20,000 bases of DNA, taken from the NCBI GenBank assembly GCA_001724265.1, contig MEDY01000098.1:58735-78734 (forward strand), in the 5' to 3' direction. Position 1 is the first letter of the stretch, and every line of letters begins with the position of its first letter. The notes under the pieces are model-generated. The model had not been told where the DNA came from and searched no databases. It saw only the letters and a program-made list of their open reading frames with translations. The translations under genes were made by a program, and so were the position numbers. Below are positions 1 through 7,944 of the stretch, one piece after another. Origin of the DNA: Rhizaria sp. SCN 62-66. Taxonomy: Eukaryota.

Positions 1-1
1 C

Positions 2-418
2 CGACGCAGAGGATGATGGCGCGGTCACGGTGGCTGCAGCGGTCGCCGCAGCGGTTGTGAGTTGAGGGGCCAGCGGAAGCGGCGCAGGCAGCGGCAGCAG
101 CGCGCGTGGGCGCGGGGGCAGCGGGCCACAGACGGCAGAGCCAGGGGGCCCGGCTGCGGCGAAGCTGAGCGACTGCTGGTGTTGCTGGTGTTGCTGTGCG
201 AGAAGTGGGGGCAGCGAGAGCGCGGCAGGATAGAAGCTGCCTGAGGCAAGCAGCCGCAAGCCGTCGCCAGCAAAGGGACTCTCACTGCACACATAACCCG
301 GCGGGAAAGCAGGCGCGGCAACGGGAGCTGCAGCGGCGGCAGTGCCAGCGGGGTTTGAAGGAGACAACCTGAAGGGGCTGCCTGGAACAGCGCCGGCCGG
401 CGCGGTGGGGGCCGACAT
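2..418 (-). CDS. 5' part of an unidentified Ala/Pro-rich protein gene, running off the left edge of the window
   Basis: ATG at 418 on the minus strand opens a stop-free frame to the window edge: MSAPTAPAGAVPGSPFRLSPSNPAGTAAAAAPVAAPAFPPGYVCSESPF...QQHQQHQQ...TAAATVTAPSSSAS (139 codons). It is preceded by a C-rich leader like other genes here, and is absent from the ORF track because it has no stop inside the window. Confidence 0.65.
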   Translation of the reverse strand, partial: MSAPTAPAGAVPGSPFRLSPSNPAGTAAAAAPVAAPAFPPGYVCSESPFAGDGLRLLASGSFYPAALSLPPLLAQQHQQHQQSLSFAAAGPPGSAVCGPLPPRPRALLPLPAPLPLAPQLTTAAATAAATVTAPSSSAS

Positions 419-1064
419 GCGCGGCGGAAAGCGCGGGGAGCCGGGAGAAGAGAGCGACGAAGCTGAGATGGGGCAGGTCGAGTTCTGGCTGAAGATGTGA
501 AGAAGTGGGCGAAGGGCGAGCGGGGCGCGTGGGGATCGGGTGAGTTGAACGGCGATGAAGGGTGTGCCGATGAAGTGTACTAAAGTGCAATTCTCTACAG
601 GAAAATGTCCGTCTATAGAAAAATAAACTCGCTCAACAAATGGAGCAATTAAAGAATGGTGTTCTGCAGTAATAAACAGAGCACTGGGCATCAGAGCGTT
701 GAGCTAACCAGGTTTTAGCCGTGCCGTAAAAATAACGTTCGCGAGCTGAGTGACCGTGAGCCAGTGACCGTGAGCAACCGCGGCCGCCAAAAGTAGGTCG
801 CACTCGCTGGGAGTGCTCGTCTTGCAGAGCTTCCAGCGGGGCTTATGAGGCACTGGAGAAATTGTGGATATTATACGTATTTGTATTAGGTTGTGTTCTA
901 TTTCGGAATTTGCAATTTTTCTTGTACTACAGTCTCTAGACGTCATACGGCTCCGCTCTTTGACCGTCCCGATGGCCTCACCGACTACCGTGCTCATTTT
1001 CTCTTTTTGTCTTCGCGTCATGCCTTCCTTGTTCTCCTGCCGCTTTTATTCTTCGCACAGACAG
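419..1064. promoter_or_regulatory. Divergent promoter/5' UTR region between the left-edge gene and NDUFV2
   Basis: Divergent ATGs at 418 (-) and 1065 (+), with AT-rich patches at about 590-680 and 860-930. Confidence 0.45.
749..775 (+). repeat. Tandem direct repeat AGTGACCGTGAGC x2
   Basis: Exact 13-mer at 749-761 and 763-775. Confidence 0.8.
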
Positions 1065-2150
1065 ATGTTGAAGCGTGGTCTCTCCGTTGCTCTTCGCGCC
1101 GCCCCTTCCGTGAGCCGTATGGCTCCCGTCGCGGCTGCTCCCCTCGCCTTCAGCTCGGCTCTCTCCCAGGTACGTTGGGTTCTACCCCACCTTGCCGCCG
1201 CCTCTCTAGCCAGCGCTCTCTCACTGCTGTCTTAGCAGAGCTAGCAACATTGCAACCGACTAAGGGCGTTAGTGTCTCTGGTTGCATTCCCCTTATCCAT
1301 GCTGTCTCTGGTCTATCCCACCAAGTCTCGCTCGAACCCAACCTAGCAACACAACTCGGCGCCGCTCACATGAACTCCACTCGTTTCTGTCTCTATCTGT
1401 TTCTTTCTTTTCTTCGCACTGCCCTTCTTGCATTTCACCCCGCAGCACGTTGACCGCCCGTACAACAACAAGAAGACCGCGTTCGACTTCACTGCCGAGA
1501 ACTACGCCCGCATCGACAAGCTTCTCAAGAAGTTCCCCGCCAACTACAAGCAGTCCGCCATGATGCCCATGCTCTTCCTCGCCCAGGAGCAGAACAACAA
1601 CTGGCTCCCGCTTTCGGCCATGGACAAGATTGCCGAGATCCTGGACCTTCCCCCGATCCGCGTGTACGAGGTCGCGACCTTCTACACGATGTACAACCGT
1701 GAGCCCGTGGGCCGGTTCCACATCCTCGTCTGCGGCACCACCTCGTGCATGGTCATGGGCGCCGAGGCCGTCAAGGCGGCCGCGAAGCAGTTTGCTGGCG
1801 TCGCGCACGACGGCGACATCTCGGCCGATGGCAACTTCTGCATCACCGAGGGTGAGTGCCTCGGCGCGTGCACCAACGCGCCCATGGTGCAGGTCAACAA
1901 CCACTGGTTCTACGAGAACCTCACCCCCGACTCGATGCAGCAGGTGATGAAGGACCTCGTCGCCGGCAAGGCCAAGCCTGGACCGCAGAACGGTCAGCGC
2001 GTCGCTGAGGGCCCCGCGGGCAACAAGACGCTGCTGGGCGACGCCGCGTTCCCCAAGTTCCGCGACATTGACGCGCTCATCAAGGAGGTTGATGCCAACA
2101 AGAAGAAGCAGGCTGAGGAGGCCGCCGCTGCTGCCGCTGCCAAGAAGTAA
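1065..2150 (+). CDS. NDUFV2: NADH dehydrogenase (complex I) 24 kDa 2Fe-2S subunit, mitochondrial precursor; exons 1065-1169 and 1446-2150 (269 aa)
   Basis: Exon 1 encodes an Arg/Ser/Ala-rich presequence with no acidic residues (MLKRGLSVALRAAPSVSRM...). The intron 1170-1445 is GTACGT..CAG and joins in frame. Exon 2 has the family motifs YKQSAMMPML, RVYEVATFYTMYNREPVG, CGTTSC and ECLGACTNAPMVQVN (four Fe-S cysteines). Confidence 0.97.
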
Positions 2151-3268
2151 GCGACAGGAAGGACGCGACACACCAAATACCTAGGCTCTTTCTTCGTTTA
2201 CTTGAGTGACAAGCCAGATGATATGCTCGTTCCGTTATTGTGATCAAAGCGGGCATCGTTTCTACTTGGTTGTTCATTGGAGTGTCTATGTATATGTGTG
2301 CACAGTAGCGAACACGCAGTTGTTTTATTGAGACGCTGCACTCTGCTATGTTTTGCTGTGCTGTATTGTGCTTTTCGTGGAGTGAAGCTTGCTTGTTCGC
2401 TCGCTTCCTCATGATGCCACAACTACACAGCGTTACGATGCGTTCACGTTACTGTTTATCCATACGCTCACACACTCACCGTATTTACATGCCTCTCAGT
2501 CGTATGCACGCGACAGCTCTCTTCCAGACTATCTAGTGCAGTTTCAATGAGCTGCTGCACGCACTGCATTGGCTGAGAGACACCACACACAAAGTGGCTG
2601 TGGTTATTACTGTTATGACGCAGAGCATTGCTCTGCGACGTCAACAACAGAACCACTGACATCACAATCAACACGACACCACACAACTTTATAATCTCTG
2701 ACATTTTCTTTGAAGCTTAACGAGTGTGTGCTGTATGTGCAACAATCACAGAGCGCGCCGCTCCCGCCCGCCCGCCCCGCCCCGCTGCCCCGGCGCCGCG
2801 CCGTTTGCCGGCCCCGGGCTCCAGCCGAGCGTGGTGCGCTGTGCTGGGCTATATCGCGGCGAGCGCGCTCTGACTGACGACCACAGCAACAACAACCGCA
2901 TCAACAAACGGTCCGCGTCCTAACTTATAAAACACGTGCTTGGACTAAGATGCGCTGTTGTCGTCAGATGCTTTTATTTTTACGATATGATTTTGGTTTT
3001 ATGTTATTTTCATTATATTTCAAGTTATTTCATACATAATAACATTATTACAACTTGCCAACTCTTTTGCATTCGTGTCAAGTTTGCCTAATTAGCAACG
3101 AACACAATTGATTTAAAACCATCTGTGTCAGACGTTAAAACGTCGGAGTTCTTTATTTAACAAAGTCACTATATAGCATTCTTCTTATCTTGATGTTCTT
3201 TGATGAGCAAAAATAATTCATCTGACATCTGACGAAGCAGAGACAATACTTGTCACAACATTTCTGTT

Positions 3269-6082
3269 TCACTTGCCAAGGCGTTGGTGCGAGTGCGCAA
3301 AAGCGTCTAGAGCAGCTGCAAGTGCCATATCCACGCGCACGGTCACTTGCAACCCATGAAGGAGCTTGGTGCTGGAGTTGGCAGCCATAGTAGCGTTAGG
3401 TCCGGGGCAGCTGTCAGCAGTGTTGATAGAGCGTGCCACCGTCACTGCAGTATCATACTGCGACTGCGGCCACTGGCCCTGCTGCTTTTGCTTCAGCGCA
3501 AGTGCCCGCGCACTGCTCACCGTCATTTGCTCGCTGCTCATAGTCAGCTGGCCGCTGCCCACAGTCACTTGGTGGACCTCAGCAACGCGCAGCAGCCACG
3601 GGGGGAAGCCGCAGAGCACACGCGCACGCGTCAGTCCGCCGCTGGCGCTGTCATAAGCGGCAATCGAGCTGCTGTCTGAGGTACTGATACAAGAGCCGTT
3701 GAGCTGGAGAATAAGTTGCGGCTCTGTCGCGGGCATCGCGATTGACGTCGCCGTTGCGGCCAACACGCGAGCACAGTCCTCAAGACGCGCATTTGCACTC
3801 AGATCCACCTTGTTTGCATCATTGGCAACGTGAGCCGCTGCCGCTGCCGCTGCCGCCGCCGCTGCTGCTGCTGCTATGACCGTGACGACTGCGAAGTGCG
3901 CACGCGCACTATCAAGTCTATCGGTGCCCATGCGCTGGAGCGAGTCGAGCGCGCGGCGTGCGCACTCGAACTCAAGAGTGCCACGTGTTCTCGCTGTCGA
4001 CTCACTTTCTGCAGTAGTTGGGCTCTTAACATCAGCGGAGATCTCCGGCTCTGAGTTAGTCTCAGCGTTAGTGTCAGCGTCAGCGTCCGGCGTATCTGCA
4101 GTGGCCGTGTTTGCTTGACTGGAGGAGATCGCCTTCGCTTCAGCCGCCGCTGCGGCGCTGTTGCATTGTTGCTGCAGCAGCGTGGCCGCCGCTAGCGCAA
4201 GCGCGGGCTTGCCATGCGCCGCGCTTACAGCTGTCACCCACACCACGCCCGCGCGCGGCAGTGCGGTAAGCTGGGACCGTGGCAGTAACGGCGGCAGCGA
4301 CCGCGGCCACTCACGGTCACTCTCGTCACTGGGCGGCTCACGGTCACCAACGTTGTTGTCATCACTTGGGGGTGTGTAGAAATAAAGCCGCCTCGGGGCA
4401 GTGCAGCGGGAGCCGTCGCAACACAGCGCTGTCCCGGCATTGGCTCCAATGTCGCAGTCATTAGACGCTGCGCCACCGTCTGCTGCGTCAGGTGGTTTGC
4501 TGTCAGTGGCAGTATTTGCGGTCACGCTGCTTAGACAGTCGCACATTGCCCTGACGACAAGAGCACGGCGGCGCTTGCCTGCAGTCACGACATCTGCCAC
4601 AGCACCCGCCACAATGCGCACTTGGTCCTGCGTGGACTGAGCCGCAGGCGACTGCGAGCTCTCAGGGGGTTGGTGCGAGCTCTCAGCGAGTGCGCAGTGT
4701 TGAGACTGAGTGGCAGTCGCGGGTGCGGGAGCGCAGGTACTTACAGCGCGTGAGTGGGTACTTAGAGGTGTAAGGGCCACCGACAGAGGCTCCACACACA
4801 ACACGAACATAGGCTCAGGAGGCGTTGCCACTGACGACGCCACAGGCACCAGTGACGCCGTACTCGCAGTTTCAGCATTAACAGATGCAGATGCAGATGC
4901 AGATGTGGATGCGGGCGTAGATGCGGATGAGGATGACGTTGCGGCGAGAGCAGAGACAGCTGTGTTCGCAGCAGCTGCCGACATGGGCTGGGGACCGACC
5001 GTGACAGCGGGGTGACTGTGAGCAACAGGAGATGCCTGCAACACAGCCAACTGACTGTGGGCAGAGGCCCGGCGCAGTTCAGCCACAAACAACGGCCACA
5101 GACGCCCAATATCATCCTCATTGTGACTCTGCGGCTCATGCGACTGCGCCTCTGACTGCGATGGGGGTGTCAGTGAGCCGGTGACGTCGTACAGCGTGCA
5201 GTCAACCACGCCCACCAGCGCGACTCTAAGCAGAGCGCGCGCCACAAAAGCCGCGACCGCGCGCCTCTGTTTCAACACAGAGTCACACGCACTACTAGTC
5301 GCAGGAGTATCACTGTTCGCGGTGTCGCTATTGCTGTAACTGTTGCTGTTGCTGTTGCCGTTTGCTGCTGTGGAAAGAAGCGAGGGCGTGAGCACGAGAG
5401 CAAGGTGCTGCGGCACTTTCTCTAGAGCAACGCTATTAGTCGCACAGCGCCCGTGACCAGCAGTTGACGTTGCACCCACAACGCTTGCATTGCTGTTATC
5501 GACAGCAGCAGCGACTGGTGACGGCCAGAGTCCAAAGCTCCAGCCCCAGTGCCAGGGCAGCAGCGCACGCAGCATCGTCGCCCCTGTCTGCAGCTGCGGC
5601 TGCGCCTGCGGTGGCAAATGTGGCTGCGAGCGCGCGTGTGAGAGACGGAGCAAGGCGCGGCGCGAGCAGTGCGCTGCGCGGTATGCGAGGCGGCTTAACA
5701 TGCGCACAAATGCGTTGCGGGGGTCCGCAGCGTAGAGGTTACCCGACGCGACAGCCGCAGTCGTCGCGACAGCAAGTGGCAGGCCTGGGCGAGCGCTCAC
5801 AGCCACGCTGCTGCTGCCGTTGGTGCGAGCGCCGCTGTTTGCGCCACTGCTGGTGCTTGCTGGACGGGCATAGGCAGCGCTGGAGATGGGGGGAAGGGCG
5901 AGGTAGCGCGCGCGCAACGCAGGGTCCATGCCCTCCGTAAAGGGACCGCCGGGGCTGCGCGCGGGGTCCATGGGGCGGGGCGGGGACGGGGGGCCAGGGG
6001 AGCTGGCGGGGCGCACAAGGGGGCGGACAGAAGCTGGCGTGTCAGCAGAGGATCGCAAGGACGGCCGCACGGAGATAAACAT
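3269..6082 (-). CDS. NUS1: Dehydrodolichyl diphosphate synthase complex subunit NUS1/NgBR-like (cis-prenyltransferase partner) with large low-complexity insertions; single ORF of 937 aa (900 aa if the ATG at 5971 is used)
   Basis: NgBR motifs appear in the expected order: LEKVPQHLALV, VGVVDCTLYDVTG, SAAHGKPAL, EPQLILQL, LCGFPPWLLRVAEV, and the C-terminal AALDAFAHSHQRLGK with the RxG motif, matching the QRLGK end of human NgBR. Confidence 0.9.
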   Translation of the reverse strand: MFISVRPSLRSSADTPASVRPLVRPASSPGPPSPPRPMDPARSPGGPFTEGMDPALRARYLALPPISSAAYARPASTSSGANSGARTNGSSSVAVSARPGLPLAVATTAAVASGNLYAADPRNAFVRMLSRLAYRAAHCSRRALLRLSHARSQPHLPPQAQPQLQTGATMLRALLPWHWGWSFGLWPSPVAAAVDNSNASVVGATSTAGHGRCATNSVALEKVPQHLALVLTPSLLSTAANGNSNSNSYSNSDTANSDTPATSSACDSVLKQRRAVAAFVARALLRVALVGVVDCTLYDVTGSLTPPSQSEAQSHEPQSHNEDDIGRLWPLFVAELRRASAHSQLAVLQASPVAHSHPAVTVGPQPMSAAAANTAVSALAATSSSSASTPASTSASASASVNAETASTASLVPVASSVATPPEPMFVLCVEPLSVALTPLSTHSRAVSTCAPAPATATQSQHCALAESSHQPPESSQSPAAQSTQDQVRIVAGAVADVVTAGKRRRALVVRAMCDCLSSVTANTATDSKPPDAADGGAASNDCDIGANAGTALCCDGSRCTAPRRLYFYTPPSDDNNVGDREPPSDESDREWPRSLPPLLPRSQLTALPRAGVVWVTAVSAAHGKPALALAAATLLQQQCNSAAAAAEAKAISSSQANTATADTPDADADTNAETNSEPEISADVKSPTTAESESTARTRGTLEFECARRALDSLQRMGTDRLDSARAHFAVVTVIAAAAAAAAAAAAAAHVANDANKVDLSANARLEDCARVLAATATSIAMPATEPQLILQLNGSCISTSDSSSIAAYDSASGGLTRARVLCGFPPWLLRVAEVHQVTVGSGQLTMSSEQMTVSSARALALKQKQQGQWPQSQYDTAVTVARSINTADSCPGPNATMAANSSTKLLHGLQVTVRVDMALAAALDAFAHSHQRLGK

Positions 6083-6332
6083 ATTAAGTGAGAGATTTAA
6101 TTTAGTATTTGAGCATACGTAGATAGAGCATCACCAGGCATTGCGTTTCAAGTCTATTGACGTTGCGGTAGTGAAGATATAGATGTTTATGTCAAGCCAC
6201 CTTAGGATGTGACTGTGGTCGCCGTCGCAGCCAGGGTGACCGGGCGGCCGATTTGCACACTGTCTGCTGTTGTCAAAGTCCGTTAGTTTAGCATTTAGTC
6301 CCTTTGTGGGCATTTTCTTTGAGGACTATACT
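6083..6332. promoter_or_regulatory. Probable bidirectional promoter between head-to-head NUS1 and NAA20
   Basis: Only 250 bp, relatively AT-rich, separate the two divergent start codons. Confidence 0.6.
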
Positions 6333-7385
6333 ATGGCCACTTTACGCCCTTTCCGGTGCATGGTACGTACACGTCTATCCCGCGCATGTTCGAATCGCAC
6401 TACATCTCTGTGGACCACGACGCTCACCAACCTCTTCCTCCGTCTACGTTCGTCGCAACCGCTTGCTTCCAGGACCTGTACCGCTTCAACCACGTCAACG
6501 TGGACCACCTTACGGAGACCTACAACATGTTCTTCTACCAGACCTATCTCGCCAAGTGGCCCGGCCTCTTCATCGCCGCCCAGGCGCCCAATCAGGACAT
6601 CTCCGGCTACAGTACGTTGTCGTCATTTTCATGTTGGTAACAAAGCTCTATTTGCGTGTACTGTACCCATTCTATTAGTGCGCTAGGTCTAAACTCACAA
6701 TTCAATGGTTTATTCCTTTGTGTCTTGTTTTCGCAGTGATCGGCAAGGTCGAGGGCAAGGGCCTGCAATGGCACGGCCACGTCTCCGCCGTCACCGTCGC
6801 GCCCGCCTACCGCCGTCTGGGCCTTGCGTCGCAGCTTATGGACATCCTTGAAATGCTCTCAGACTCACCGTACGTTATGCTATCCTGATCTCTTTGCTAG
6901 GCATGCAGTATATCACGAGATACGACTCGCTTATGTCTTAGGTCAAACGACTTGTGATTACACTAACTTCGAGTTCGCGACACATTTTTCAATCTCATCT
7001 CGCAATACTTCATCCTTATATTTATGGTGTCATTTCTCACAATTTATATTGCTTTTTCTATCTATTCCCTTCCCAACAACGACCATACCGATCATCTAAC
7101 GTATGTGTTGCGTTGTTCTGTTTCGTTCTGATTGTTCGCACAAATTGTACTCACATCAGTCACAAGGGCAACTTCGTCGACCTCTACGTCCGCGCGACCA
7201 ACTACGTAGCGGTTATGATGTACAAGCAGCTGGGCTACGTTGTCTACCGCCGCATTCTGGGCTACTATGGCAGCGAAGAGGACGCGTATGACATGCGCAA
7301 AGCACTGGTAAACCAGGACCCTAAGAAGAGGACTATGATACCCATGTCCAAGCCTTGCAAGCCGTCTGAGGTCGACACCATGTGA
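6333..7385 (+). CDS. NAA20: N-alpha-acetyltransferase 20 (NatB catalytic subunit, Nat3); exons 6333-6362, 6473-6611, 6737-6869, 7160-7385 (175 aa)
   Basis: Splicing three GTACGT..CAG introns gives MATLRPFRCMDLYRFNHVNVDHLTETYNMFFYQTYLAKWP...GYMIGKVEG...WHGHVSAVTVAPAYRRLGLA...FVDLYVRATNYVAVMMYKQLGYVVYRRILGYY...EDAYDMRKAL. These are typical NAA20 motifs, and all exon phases are consistent. Confidence 0.96.
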
Positions 7386-7759
7386 GTGACAAGTGTGTTG
7401 AACAACGGGGTGTTAACGAAGATCACAGATCTATGGAGAACATCGGAACACTCATGATCTAGAGCTGTCGCGATAATGGTCATGCGAGGGCCATTATGAA
7501 TGATAGCAATACAACACGTAAACGTATTATCTCGATATTCCGAGACGAATGAGTGTTATAACATAAAATCGTTTATTCTTGTATTAAACAATGTTGGGGA
7601 TATAGTATAGTTACATTCCAAAACACAAATAGTTATATTCATAAAAACTAAAACCATCCTACTAAAAATATGAGAAAGGAACTTCACACTATCTCCAGAA
7701 TGCGTATTGTACTTTCTCTCGCAAAGTTAATTTACTGTCAGGTGAGCTAAGCGACGTAT

Positions 7760-7913
7760 TTAGTCGTCGTCCTCGTCCTCGGAGGAGGAGCCGCCCTGCA
7801 TGAGCGACCGCGGCAGCCCGCCCTTGCCTTTGACGACCGGCGCGGCCTTGGCGCCCCCCACCCGCACCGTGCCGGCGTCGGCATCGACATCAACGGCGGC
7901 GAACTCAAACCCG

Positions 7914-7944
<31 letters not shown>

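Noticed and set aside
1293-2171. 292-aa antisense ORF over NDUFV2
   Set aside because: Shadow ORF of a biased coding strand.
2612-2645. ATGA-containing hairpin as a SECIS element
   Set aside because: The stem is too short, there is no AA loop, and no neighbouring gene has an in-frame TGA.
2824-2870. GCCGAGCGTGGTGCGC resembling the 5' end of SRP (7SL) RNA
   Set aside because: No UGUNR Alu motif and no helix-8 signature downstream; the following sequence is AT-rich.
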